Shown here piece after piece: positions 20,690 through 30,043 of a DNA stretch of 64,000 bases; the first letter of the stretch is position 1; every line of letters starts with the position of its first letter. Origin of the DNA: Trueperaceae bacterium (GTDB lineage: Bacteria; Deinococcota; Deinococci; Deinococcales; Trueperaceae); assembly GCA_965215565.1 (NCBI GenBank), contig CBDCDZ010000004.1, positions 288,001-352,000 on the forward strand, written 5' to 3'. The position numbers and the translations under genes were made by a program. The notes beneath the pieces were generated by a model. That model was given only the letters and a program-made list of their open reading frames with translations, did not search any database and had not been told where the DNA came from.

Positions 20690-21787
20690 CTATAACCCCT
20701 GCACGTCCGCCGCGTCCCGCAGGGCGTCGCCTAAAAAGTTGAACGCCAACACCGCCACGACGATGAATAAACCGGGAATGAGCAACCACGGATAGAGCCG
20801 CAAGGTTTCAAAGTTTTGCGCGTCCGCTAGGAGCAGGCCCCAAGAGGTCATCGGCTCCTTGATGCCGAGCCCTAAAAAGGACAGGGCACTCTCGCCTAAA
20901 ATATACGCGGGCAGCGCGAGCGTCGCCGCCACAATGAGATAAGAGGTCAAGTTCGGCAAGACGTGACGGAGGATGATGGGCAAGTCGCGCACGCCCAGTG
21001 CCCGCGCCGCCTGCACGTAATCTGCCTCCCTTGCGGATAAGACTTGCCCCCGCACCACCCGCGCCAGCGCCGCCCACCCGATGAGCGACAACACCGCCAC
21101 GATGCCCACGTAGACCCACGTCGAGGGCCACGTCGCCGGAATAATCGTGGCGAGCGCCAAGAGGAGCGGCAGGCGCGGGAAGGAGAGCATCACCTCGATA
21201 AAGCGTTGCAGCGCGGTGTCGAGCAAACCGCCGTAAAAGCCGCTGACGCCCCCGACGAAAATACCGATGGAGAACGAGATGAGGATGCCGATGAGCCCCA
21301 CCGTCAGCGAGACTTGCGAGCCAACCAAGGTGCGGCTCAACACGTCGCGCCCGAAGCGGTCCGTGCCGAGTGGGAAGAAGAGACCCTCTTCGATGCCGAA
21401 GAGGTGGCGCTCGGTGCGGAAGAGCCCTAAAAAGGTGTAGGGTTCGCCCTTTACGAAAAACCTGAGCGGTTGCGGGTTCGTCTGGTCCGCTTGGTAAATA
21501 CGCTCAAAGGTGACGGGGTCTCTGGCTTGCTCTAGCGGGTACACAAAGGGACCCCGAAACTCCCCCTCGTGAAAGAGGTACAACCCCTGCGGTGGCAGGT
21601 GCGGAAAGTCGCGGTGCTGTGTGGTGATGTTGTAGGGCGCTAAGAACTGCGAAAAGAGTGCCATGAGGTACAAGAGGATAAGGGTGACGCCGCCCGCTAC
21701 GCCGACTTTAGAGCGCTTGAAGCGCCGCCAGCCGAGGCGGAAGGGGGAGACGGCACTCGAGTCTTCTCGAGTCGCATCTTTAGTCAT
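20690..21787 (-). CDS. Peptide/oligosaccharide ABC transporter permease (DppC-like)
   Basis: LGTDRFGRD, YVQAARALG, RHVLPN, LSFLGLG. Confidence 0.93.
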   Translation of the reverse strand: MTKDATREDSSAVSPFRLGWRRFKRSKVGVAGGVTLILLYLMALFSQFLAPYNITTQHRDFPHLPPQGLYLFHEGEFRGPFVYPLEQARDPVTFERIYQADQTNPQPLRFFVKGEPYTFLGLFRTERHLFGIEEGLFFPLGTDRFGRDVLSRTLVGSQVSLTVGLIGILISFSIGIFVGGVSGFYGGLLDTALQRFIEVMLSFPRLPLLLALATIIPATWPSTWVYVGIVAVLSLIGWAALARVVRGQVLSAREADYVQAARALGVRDLPIILRHVLPNLTSYLIVAATLALPAYILGESALSFLGLGIKEPMTSWGLLLADAQNFETLRLYPWLLIPGLFIVVAVLAFNFLGDALRDAADVQGL

Positions 21788-22751
21788 ACCGAATCCTCGG
21801 GTCCGCCCACGCGAGCGCCAGGTCAGCTAAGAGGTTACCGATCATTAAAAGGAGGCTGGTGAGGAGCAAAAGCGTCATCGCGACGTACTGGTCTTTAGCC
21901 AAAAGAGAATCGTAGAGAAGCCGCCCCACAGCGGGCAAGTTGAGCACAATGGAGACGATGATTGTGCCGTTGATGAGTTCGGGTAAACTCAGCCCGGCGA
22001 GGGAAATGAGCGGGTTGATCGCGTTACGGACCGCGTGGCGGTTGATGACGACGCGCTCTTTCAACCCTTTCGCCCGCGCCGTGCGTACAAAGTCCGCGCT
22101 CAGCACGTCCAGGAGGTTGGCCCGCATCTGCCGCATCACCGTGGCGATGCCCGCCGTGCCGATGGCTAAAACCGGAATCCACATGTGATTGAGAAAGTCT
22201 AAGACTTTGCCCCAACTCCAGGGCGCGCCGATATATTGCGGGCTAAAAAGTCCGCCGACTTGCGAGCCGCCGAAATTCAGCACGAGGGCGACGAGGAGCA
22301 AGGCGACTAAAAAGTCGGGGACGGCGAGACCGATATAGCCAATGAAACTCGCCACCGCGTCCGTAAAGCCGTTGCGCCGCACGGCAGTATAGATACCAAG
22401 AGGTATGGCGACGAGCCAGGAAAAGACGAGCGTCACGCCCGCCACGACAATCGCCCAAAAAAGCTGCTCCCCGACGAGGCTCGAGACCGGTCGATTCGCA
22501 AAGAATGAAAAGCCGAAGTCACCCCGCGTCACAATGCCCCAAATCCAGCGCAAGTACTGCTCGTACGCTGGTCTATCCAAGCCGAGTTGCGCTTCTAAAC
22601 GCGCTACGGTTGCCGCGCTGAAACGCGGGTCTTCAAGGTAGCGGTCCGTAAAACTCCCCGGTTGCAGTTGAATCACGGTGAAGCAGACCACCGAGACGAG
22701 GAGCAAGGTGGGGATGAAGATGAGGATGCGGCGTAAGAGGTAGTTGAGCAT
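21780..22751 (-). CDS. Peptide/oligosaccharide ABC transporter permease (DppB-like)
   Basis: GDFGFSF, FVRTARAKGL, HAVRNA. Confidence 0.93.
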   Translation of the reverse strand: MLNYLLRRILIFIPTLLLVSVVCFTVIQLQPGSFTDRYLEDPRFSAATVARLEAQLGLDRPAYEQYLRWIWGIVTRGDFGFSFFANRPVSSLVGEQLFWAIVVAGVTLVFSWLVAIPLGIYTAVRRNGFTDAVASFIGYIGLAVPDFLVALLLVALVLNFGGSQVGGLFSPQYIGAPWSWGKVLDFLNHMWIPVLAIGTAGIATVMRQMRANLLDVLSADFVRTARAKGLKERVVINRHAVRNAINPLISLAGLSLPELINGTIIVSIVLNLPAVGRLLYDSLLAKDQYVAMTLLLLTSLLLMIGNLLADLALAWADPRIRYD

Positions 22752-22760
22752 AGCTTAAAA

Positions 22761-23636
22761 TCAGTGCCTACTTCTGACAACGTCGTGAATCCAGCTCAAA
22801 TGACTTGAAACTCTGGTGTAATGTTCAACCGTGCCGTACATTTGAATAGGAATGTCACCTCTCCGTGCACGTTCATCCAGCTCTTCTGTTGGATAGCTGC
22901 TGTACGAGCTAATACCAGCAATCTTATCTCCTTCTTCGGTTGAGATAAGTGCAGGCCCGCCGCTGTCACCGGGTCCGTTGACCCCTTCCAGCGGCAAAGC
23001 GTCTACCATACCAGGTGCGTCAAAATCGAAAGCGAGCATTCCATCGGTGATTTTCGAAATGACATTTCTTGTCTGGCGAAATTTGCCGTCGTCAAGCTCG
23101 CCCCCTTGAATGATTCCCACCTTACCCGTACTAAACGCGCCCCAGCCAAGCATCGAAACTTCCTGACCAACTTCGTCATCATTTTGGTAAAGCGCTATAG
23201 GTTTGACGTGAGTTGCAGGACGCTCGAGCCTGAGAAGCGCAATATCGTGGGGACCAGCACCTTTCTCTAAAGCGGTGAATACGCTCTCTACGAATACGTT
23301 AGAGGTAGTGTCTTCACGGTGACCTCTCGCTCCACGAAAGAGCATTTTGACCTCATCAATCGCGCTACATTCTGGTGGATAAACTGCGTCAATGATTGTA
23401 TGCTCGCGGTCTGCTATCTGAATCTTAAAGGGCACTTCTTCGTAGTTGTCCTTGATCAGTAAATAAAGACAGTGCGCCGCTGTTATCGCCCACGTTTCGG
23501 CTACGAGCGTTGCCACGCCGCTCGCAGGTTGCAACTGGAAAACCGCCGGATGGTCAGCTTCGCAAGCCAAATATTCAGTTGGATTGACATCATGGCGAAT
23601 GACCACTACGTACACCTTCTCAGTCTGGACACTCAT
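22761..23636 (-). CDS. Trypsin-like (S1) serine protease
   Basis: ITAAHC, HDIALL, GDSGGP catalytic triad; lower GC than flanks. Confidence 0.88.
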   Translation of the reverse strand: MSVQTEKVYVVVIRHDVNPTEYLACEADHPAVFQLQPASGVATLVAETWAITAAHCLYLLIKDNYEEVPFKIQIADREHTIIDAVYPPECSAIDEVKMLFRGARGHREDTTSNVFVESVFTALEKGAGPHDIALLRLERPATHVKPIALYQNDDEVGQEVSMLGWGAFSTGKVGIIQGGELDDGKFRQTRNVISKITDGMLAFDFDAPGMVDALPLEGVNGPGDSGGPALISTEEGDKIAGISSYSSYPTEELDERARRGDIPIQMYGTVEHYTRVSSHLSWIHDVVRSRH

Positions 23637-23654
23637 CTACCCTAGCAATGAAAT

Positions 23655-23697
23655 AGAGAGGTCAATAGAGTCGAACCGCATCTCTATTGACCTCTCT
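23655..23697. promoter_or_regulatory. Perfect 16-bp-stem hairpin after the solute-binding gene (mRNA-stabilising element or terminator)
   Basis: AGAGAGGTCAATAGAG-11 nt-CTCTATTGACCTCTCT. Confidence 0.7.
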
Positions 23698-23700
23698 TCG

Positions 23701-25479
23701 CTACTCGCTGATGAAGTAAAGCGGCAGCGGGTTGTACCCAGGAATCACGCCTAAGCTGTAGACGAAGTTCTGCACGCGGTTGTACACGGCGGCGACGTTC
23801 GCGCCCTTAGCGATCATAATCACCGGGACGTTCTCGGCGTTGAGACGTTGCCACTCGGCGTAGAGTTCTTGGCGCTCAGCCTGGTCGGTGGAGGTGGCGG
23901 CTTCGTTGAAAATCTCGAACACGCGCGTTTCCCATTCGTCCATCGCCTCTATGTTAGCGCTGCCGCCCTCTTCGCTGGGCTGGGTGGCGCGGTGCCAGTA
24001 GTAGAGCGAGCCGCCCGGCTGCCAGATGGGTTTGCGCAGCTCGGGGTCGGGTTGGTTGCCGAAAGCGACGAGAATCGCTTCGAAGTCGCCCGCTAAGGCG
24101 GTGCCAAAGAGCGACGAGCCCTGGACGCCCTGCAAGTTGACGCGCACGCCTGCCTGGCTGAAGTCGTTTTGTAGAATCGTTGCGATGTCCGTGAAGATGG
24201 CGGAGTCCGAGTTGTAGGTGAGGGTGAACTCGAGCGGCTGTCCTTCCGAGAGGTTGCGTATCTCATCCCCGTCAGTGTCGGTATACCCGAGTTCGTCCAA
24301 CGCGGAGTTCGCCGCGTCCAAATCGAACATGTTCATGAGGTCAGTCGTGTCGGTATAAAAGGTGTTGTCTGCTGGTGCGGTGGGCGTGCCGGGAATCTCG
24401 GCTAAGCTGTTGTACACGTCGTCGATGACGCGCGCTCTATCTACGGCGTATTCCATCGCCTTGCGAAATTCAACCGAAGAGAATACCTCAGCCAGTGCTT
24501 CATTCGCTGGGTTGAAGTTAAAGGCTAAATGCGGCGGCGAGCCGAACAGCGCGTCGCTGCGAATCACGCGGAAGGGTGCGCCGTCCACCTCCCGCGACTT
24601 GAAGTCAGGAAACTGCGCCCCCGAGATGTTGAGCTGGTCGATATTGCCCGCCAAAAACTGCGCCGTTTGCGCCTCCGTGCCGGGCGTGATGAGGTACTCA
24701 ATCGTCTCGACGTAAGGAAGTTGCGTACCCGCGCTGTCCACTTTCCAATAGTTCGGGTTTTTCTGCAAGGTGACGAGTTGACCGGGCGTGTAATTTTGCA
24801 GCGTGTACGGACCTGTCCCGACGACTTCGCTCGGGTCCACGTCGGTGGGCCAGGCGTTGTTGATGTCGGCGGGCTCCGCGCCGCCCTGGACGCTAAAGCT
24901 TTCTAACTTATGCTCGGGCATGATGAAGAAGCGCTGCTGCAGCAAGAATGCGGCGGAGGCGGTCGGGAGCGTCATCCGCACCGTCATATCGTCCACCTTT
25001 TCAAAGGTGACGTTCTCCTCTTGACCGTCCAAGGTGAAGACGAACTGCGCCGCGTCGCCCGCCCGCGCTTCGGGATTCGTGATGATCTGCTCGTAGGTGA
25101 AGATCACGTCGTCGGCATCAAAGGGTTCGCCGTCACTCCAGGTGACGCCTTCGCGCAGATTGAAGGTGTAGACGGTGCCGTCCTCGGAGATGTCCCACGA
25201 GGCGGCTAGCGCGGGCTCTAACTCGTACGTCTCTAAGTTGAACTCGACTAAGCTGTCAAACATCTGCTGCGACAAGGTCTGCGAGACGCTGCTGACTTCG
25301 CCGTAGTAAAAGAAGCGCGGCGGGGCGTCGTCGAGCGCTAGAGTAAGCGTGCCGCCCGCTTCGCCAGGGGTGATGTCCAGAGCGCTGTAGTCGGGGATGG
25401 TTTTGGGCTGAGCGAAGGCTGCGCTGCTCAGCAAAAAGGCGAGCAGCAGAATTAGGGCTGGATAGACGGAACGCTTCAT
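23701..25479 (-). CDS. ABC transporter substrate-binding protein, family 5
   Basis: Signal peptide, PALAASWDISEDG, LREGVTWSDG, VGTGPY. Confidence 0.93.
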   Translation of the reverse strand: MKRSVYPALILLLAFLLSSAAFAQPKTIPDYSALDITPGEAGGTLTLALDDAPPRFFYYGEVSSVSQTLSQQMFDSLVEFNLETYELEPALAASWDISEDGTVYTFNLREGVTWSDGEPFDADDVIFTYEQIITNPEARAGDAAQFVFTLDGQEENVTFEKVDDMTVRMTLPTASAAFLLQQRFFIMPEHKLESFSVQGGAEPADINNAWPTDVDPSEVVGTGPYTLQNYTPGQLVTLQKNPNYWKVDSAGTQLPYVETIEYLITPGTEAQTAQFLAGNIDQLNISGAQFPDFKSREVDGAPFRVIRSDALFGSPPHLAFNFNPANEALAEVFSSVEFRKAMEYAVDRARVIDDVYNSLAEIPGTPTAPADNTFYTDTTDLMNMFDLDAANSALDELGYTDTDGDEIRNLSEGQPLEFTLTYNSDSAIFTDIATILQNDFSQAGVRVNLQGVQGSSLFGTALAGDFEAILVAFGNQPDPELRKPIWQPGGSLYYWHRATQPSEEGGSANIEAMDEWETRVFEIFNEAATSTDQAERQELYAEWQRLNAENVPVIMIAKGANVAAVYNRVQNFVYSLGVIPGYNPLPLYFISE

Positions 25480-25510
25480 ACATCCTCCTTGGAGCTATCG
25501 TTGGTACTCT

Positions 25511-25539
25511 AGCCTATACCAATACAAGACCATTTGCAA
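25511..25539 (-). promoter_or_regulatory. Promoter TTGCAA-17-TAGGCT overlapped by a putative GntR operator (25513-25532)
   Basis: Minus strand TGGT-N5-ATTGGTATAGG, also present at 36552-36571. Confidence 0.6.
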
Positions 25540-25624
25540 TCGTCCTACTACTTTTGTGTGGTAGGTGATTTGTCCGGTTTATAGGTTGTGAGGTTAAAGG
25601 TCGCAAGATTGATATACGAGCAAG

Positions 25625-25652
25625 AGGGGCTCGAGTCTAAACTCGAGCCCCT
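25625..25652. repeat. Double-CTCGAG palindrome, left of the TA module
   Basis: AGGGGCTCGAG-TCTAAA-CTCGAGCCCCT. Confidence 0.85.
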
Positions 25653-25702
25653 AGATAACGCTCTCCCTTTGAGGTGCAGACACCGTGAAACAGTACGGGC
25701 GC

Positions 25703-26110
25703 TCAACCTGCTGGTAGCAGTATCACCTTTGGACCTTTACCTTTGTACTTTGCCATATCACTGTCTGTAGTGTAGAGCGTATCCGCCCCAGCCGACAAAG
25801 CCGAGCCGAGAATGAGACTGTCCGCCATCGACAGGCCGTTGCCGTGCGCGATGCGGGCAGCTCGCTCGACTAATACGTGACTGTCTCGGTCCAAATAGAT
25901 TACACGGCACAAACTAGGCAAGAGCGCTAGGAGTTTTTCGGTGCGTCCCTGTTCGGTTACTCCTTTAAGCGCGAGGCGGCGCAACTCGTACAGAGAGACA
26001 ACACTTATGATCAGTTTTTGATTGCGCGCCCGAGCCGTAGCCCATACCTCGGCAGCCTGAGTGTTGGCGCTAAGGTACGCGACGAAAAAGCCAGTGTCGC
26101 ACGCGCTCAA
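25703..26110 (-). CDS. vapC: PIN-domain toxin (VapC family)
   Basis: CDTG, SLYEL, SMADS, TTDSD acidic residues; start overlaps the antitoxin stop. Confidence 0.88.
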   Translation of the reverse strand: MSACDTGFFVAYLSANTQAAEVWATARARNQKLIISVVSLYELRRLALKGVTEQGRTEKLLALLPSLCRVIYLDRDSHVLVERAARIAHGNGLSMADSLILGSALSAGADTLYTTDSDMAKYKGKGPKVILLPAG

Positions 26111-26328
26111 GTGTCACGAATCTCCCGCAAAGCCTCTTTGTAGGTAGGCTTTGCGAATCCCTCTCCTACCAGCGCTTCTAGCGCCACGTAAGCTTCGTCT
26201 TCCTCGAGCTGCTCGAGCCTGAGCTTCACAGCTTTAGAGACAAAGGCGGACATCGACTCGTTTAAGCTCCGCGCTTTGGTCTGCGCTTCGCTGGCGAGTT
26301 GGTCGTCTAGGGTTGTGGTGATGCGCAT
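26107..26328 (-). CDS. Ribbon-helix-helix antitoxin (VapB-like)
   Basis: MRITTTLDDQL RHH-type start; directly upstream of the PIN gene. Confidence 0.8.
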   Translation of the reverse strand: MRITTTLDDQLASEAQTKARSLNESMSAFVSKAVKLRLEQLEEDEAYVALEALVGEGFAKPTYKEALREIRDT

Positions 26329-26508
26329 AAGTCACTCCTCTGCATACAAATGTGCCTACTCGCTTGCAGCATTGTAGCACATACCAAGAAGCCTCGAGGC
26401 TCACCCAGGATGGAAGTGGGTACGGGTAAAGGTACGCCTGAGCCCACAGGTCAAGCCGAAGAAAACACCTGCTCCCAGCCCTAGCAAGGGTTTACAAGAC
26501 AAGAAGGA

Positions 26509-26536
26509 AGGGGCTCGAGCTTAGACTCGAGCCCCT
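26509..26536. repeat. Double-CTCGAG palindrome, right of the TA module
   Basis: AGGGGCTCGAG-CTTAGA-CTCGAGCCCCT; 27/28 match to the reverse complement of 25625-25652. Confidence 0.85.
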
Positions 26537-26537
26537 C

Positions 26538-27920
26538 TCAACCCCTTACATCACCTAAATCTTTTCGAGGAGTGGTGGGGCTGACATGATGCCGTCGTAG
26601 CAGCGTAAGCCCGACAATGCCTGCAACGACGTAGCCCGCGCCTTGCACATTGATAACCAGTCCTACGCCGAGTGAATCGCCTAGCACGGCCGCTAGCCCC
26701 ATACCGGTGAGGTTGAAAAGTGCCATCGTCGCGCCATAGGCTCCGAAGACGCGCCCCCTAAAACTATCTTCGACACCCGTTTGGAGGAGCGTGAGCAGTC
26801 CAGCGCTGTAGGCGGATACCGGCACTCCAGCCAGAGCGATCAGTAAAAGTGCGGGTAGAACACCGGGGATAAAGTAGGGGTAGTTGAAAATCATTAGGTC
26901 GATGATCCCTAAGCTGAGCCCGCCCCAGCCCAACAGCCGGTGCGGTGCCGTGCGCCCGGCTAGCCCCGAAGTTAGCACGCCGCCGCCGATGCCGCCGACA
27001 GCTTGCGCTGACATGAGCCACCCTACCGCCGCCGCTTCCCCTCGCAACACTTCGGTTACAAAAGGGATAAAGAGCACTGCCATCACGCCTTCGCCTACGG
27101 AGGCGGCGGCAACGATGAGAAAGAGCAGGCGTATCATACGGTCACCGATGACGCGCTCAAGCCCCTCGAGCCACGCTCGCCACATCCCTCTAAGCCCGGC
27201 TAGCATGTCCGTCTGTTCTAAATTCACTTGCGCTGGAGCAGTTTTCGTTTGAACGAGCGCCACACACCCAGCCGCCACGAGAAAGGACGCCGCGTCGAGA
27301 ACGACAACCCCCGATAAGCCCACCCCTCCCACAACTACGCCGCCGAGGGCAGGGCCGACGAGCCGCGCCAAGTTGTTGTTGAGCGCGTTGAGCGCGTTTG
27401 CAGCGGCAAGCTGCTCCTTTTGAACTACGCTCGGCAAAAAGGCGTTCTCGGCAGGGATGAAAAAGCGGTTGATGATCGCTTGAACGAAGGCAACCCCGTA
27501 GACGAGCCAGAGCCAACCCGTAGAGGGTACAAGGGCTAGAGGAAGCACTGCAGCGCAGGACAACAAGTTGGTCACGATCAGAGTGCGCCGCCGGTCCCAG
27601 CGGTCCACGAAGATACCCGCTACCGAGCCGAGCAGGATGCGAGGCAGCGTGCCCGCCATGAAGATCAAGCCGGTCGCAAGCGTCGAGCCCGTCGTGTTGA
27701 AGACGTAAACGGGTAGACCGATCTGCAGCGCCCAGCCACCCATCATCGAGACCAGTCCGCCCCACCAAAGCAGGGCGAAATCTCGGTTCGCTGTCAAAAG
27801 GTCGCGCGGTCCTATCGCCGCAAGCGAACCTCGTCGCGCGTTACGTACGTCACGCTGCTCAGCCGCGTGCTGCAAACGTTCTCTGTAGCGCCGCCGCGCC
27901 TCTCTTCCGTCGAACCTCAT
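26538..27920 (-). CDS. MFS transporter (DHA3/macrolide-efflux-like)
   Basis: About 12 hydrophobic segments, GIFVDRWDRRR, FRGRVFG; start uncertain. Confidence 0.88.
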   Translation of the reverse strand: MRFDGREARRRYRERLQHAAEQRDVRNARRGSLAAIGPRDLLTANRDFALLWWGGLVSMMGGWALQIGLPVYVFNTTGSTLATGLIFMAGTLPRILLGSVAGIFVDRWDRRRTLIVTNLLSCAAVLPLALVPSTGWLWLVYGVAFVQAIINRFFIPAENAFLPSVVQKEQLAAANALNALNNNLARLVGPALGGVVVGGVGLSGVVVLDAASFLVAAGCVALVQTKTAPAQVNLEQTDMLAGLRGMWRAWLEGLERVIGDRMIRLLFLIVAAASVGEGVMAVLFIPFVTEVLRGEAAAVGWLMSAQAVGGIGGGVLTSGLAGRTAPHRLLGWGGLSLGIIDLMIFNYPYFIPGVLPALLLIALAGVPVSAYSAGLLTLLQTGVEDSFRGRVFGAYGATMALFNLTGMGLAAVLGDSLGVGLVINVQGAGYVVAGIVGLTLLRRHHVSPTTPRKDLGDVRG

Positions 27921-27950
27921 ACTTCTAGCGTCGGTGCTATCCTACTGCAG

Positions 27951-28631
27951 ATGAAAGACTCAAATTCGAGTAGGACAGCTAAGGGTTTCTACACCGTGAC
28001 CGATACGAAACAAGCGGCGCTGCTGACAGGAGCAACCAGCAAAGCGTTCTTCAAGCCGTTCTTGGCGCGAGAATGCAGCGTGAGTCAGGCTGCTGCAGAG
28101 GTGGGCTGTCAGCTCAACACGATGCTCTACCGGGTCAAGGTGTTTCTGGACGTGGGCCTACTCACCGTCGTGCGCGAAGAGAAGCGGGTGGGGCGAGCCA
28201 TCAAAATCTACCGCTCGGTTCATGATGCCTACCTCATTCCTGACGGCGTAACCCCCTACGCTGACCTAGAAGAGCGCCTGAAGCAGCAGATCAAGCCTTT
28301 TTGGGAGACGCTCATGCGTTCGCTCGCGCGTACCTACCGTGAGCGCGGCTGGGGCGGACAGACCCTCCGCCGCACGGCTGAAGGGGTGGTGACGACGAGC
28401 CTAGCGATTAAAGAGGTTGCTCCGACAGACTTCTGGTCAGCCGAGCCCCCTTACGAGGTGTATTCGGACGTGGGGCTTCATCTCACGCCGGAAGAGGCGG
28501 AAGCCCTGGCGTACCGGTTACTCGAGTTGCTCAAAGATACCTCAAAAAATGTGGCGAAGCAGGGAAAGAAGCAGGGAAAACGGTACGCCTTACAGGTAGC
28601 GTTGGTGCCAGTGGATGAGCGAGAGGGTTGA
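27951..28631 (+). CDS. Winged-HTH (ArsR-like) regulator, divergent from the MFS gene
   Basis: SVSQAAAEVG...LYRVKVFLDVGLL HTH; TATCCT 7 nt before ATG 27951. Confidence 0.75.
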   Translation: MKDSNSSRTAKGFYTVTDTKQAALLTGATSKAFFKPFLARECSVSQAAAEVGCQLNTMLYRVKVFLDVGLLTVVREEKRVGRAIKIYRSVHDAYLIPDGVTPYADLEERLKQQIKPFWETLMRSLARTYRERGWGGQTLRRTAEGVVTTSLAIKEVAPTDFWSAEPPYEVYSDVGLHLTPEEAEALAYRLLELLKDTSKNVAKQGKKQGKRYALQVALVPVDEREG

Positions 28632-28659
28632 GTCGGCTTGGTCGGGACCTCCTTTCTTA

Positions 28660-28842
28660 TAGCACCACAACATACTGAGACAGTTGAGCGCAGACCTCTG
28701 TCCGCAAGGACTAGCGTTACGGGCAGGCCGCCCTGCCGTTGCGGGATTTCATCCCTCGAAGTGCGCGCTAGACTGTTCATTTCTCCCTAAGGGTGTCTCT
28801 GACCAGCTCCGACCAACGGGAGACAGACTTTGATACCTGCTA
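28660..28842 (+). mobile_element. MITE-like element, copy D (multiple nested inserts)
   Basis: TA-TAGCACC...GATACCTGCTA; shares the 25-nt insert with copy C, which here holds a further 27-nt insert. Confidence 0.8.
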
Positions 28843-29919
28843 TTACATCTCTTCGCGCCTGCCCATTTCCTGCGCCACAGCCTCATAAAACGCTCTACGT
28901 AAGGCGTGAATATTCTGTCCCCTCTTTCGGTGCGGATGCACGCGGTTCGTGAGCAGCACCGCGAACCATCCCTGCACGGGGTCTATCCACAAACTCGTAC
29001 CTGTAAAACCTGTGTGACCGTAAGCAGACGAACTCGCGAGGCTGCCGACGCTCGAGCCCACCCCACCAAGCTGCCATCCTAGCCCTCTCCTCACGCCGTC
29101 CGCCTCGACGTGCACCAAAACCGCCTCACGGAGTAGCGTCTCACTCCCTAACCTCTTATCCAGTTTCAACCAGGCTTGCGCGTAATAGGCAATGTCTTGC
29201 GCCGTGCCGAAGAGCCCGGCGTGTCCAGCAACCCCGTCCATTACAAAAGCGTTCTCGTCGTGGACGACGCCCCCCAGCATCGTGCCGCGCCAGCCGCAAT
29301 CCTCAGTGGCGGCTACCGGGACGTTATGAAGAGGTCCGAAGGAGAGGTGGGACAACTCGAGCGGCTCAAAAATATGCGCCCCTGCAAATTCATCTAACCG
29401 CTGTTTGCTCACCCGCTCCACCACCGCGCCCAAGAGGATGAAGCCTAAATCGCTGTAAACGTAGGTCGGCTCTCCCAAAGAGGTCTGCAACACGTTGGCG
29501 AGCGCCGTGCGCCGTTCACTGACCTGAGCAAAGAGCGGCGTCCAAGCGGGCAGCCCGGACGTGTGCGTGAGGAGTTGTCTGAGCGTCACGTCGGCGAGAG
29601 AAGGTGACTGCGCCCAGCCTGCGTTACTGAAAAAGCGACTGACGGGGTGCTCGAGCCTCACCTCTCCCGCATCTACCAGATGCAGAATGCTCGGCAAGGT
29701 CGCGACGACTTTGGTGAGCGAAGCCAAGTCGAAGCGCGTGTCCAGCGTGACCGCTTCGCCACCAGATTCTTCACTAGAACTATCGCTGTAGCGCCTCACG
29801 CCTGTGGCTGCGACGATATCGTAGTGGTTCAGCGTGCCCGCAACGGCAACCGCACAGGGAATCTCGCCCTTCGCTACGGCGTCTGTTAGGAGGGCTCGAG
29901 CCTCACCGAAAGGTCTCAC
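28843..29919 (-). CDS. Beta-lactamase-family serine hydrolase (AmiE-like candidate)
   Basis: FDLASLTK (SxxK), LLTHTSGL, YSD, GHTGFTGT, LTNRVHP. Confidence 0.85.
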   Translation of the reverse strand: MRPFGEARALLTDAVAKGEIPCAVAVAGTLNHYDIVAATGVRRYSDSSSEESGGEAVTLDTRFDLASLTKVVATLPSILHLVDAGEVRLEHPVSRFFSNAGWAQSPSLADVTLRQLLTHTSGLPAWTPLFAQVSERRTALANVLQTSLGEPTYVYSDLGFILLGAVVERVSKQRLDEFAGAHIFEPLELSHLSFGPLHNVPVAATEDCGWRGTMLGGVVHDENAFVMDGVAGHAGLFGTAQDIAYYAQAWLKLDKRLGSETLLREAVLVHVEADGVRRGLGWQLGGVGSSVGSLASSSAYGHTGFTGTSLWIDPVQGWFAVLLTNRVHPHRKRGQNIHALRRAFYEAVAQEMGRREEM

Positions 29920-30043
29920 ATCAGCCTGCTAGCTCGAGGTGAAAAGAAGGTGTACCGTTTCGTGGTTGCGAAAATGGGTTCGCGTCTCTCACAAATAGTC
30001 TGTTGCCGAATACGTAAGTGGTACACCGCCGGCGAGAAAGAGG

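Noticed and set aside
28843..29919. Antibiotic-resistance beta-lactamase
   Set aside because: No signal peptide; motifs and context fit a cytoplasmic serine hydrolase or amidase of cell-wall recycling
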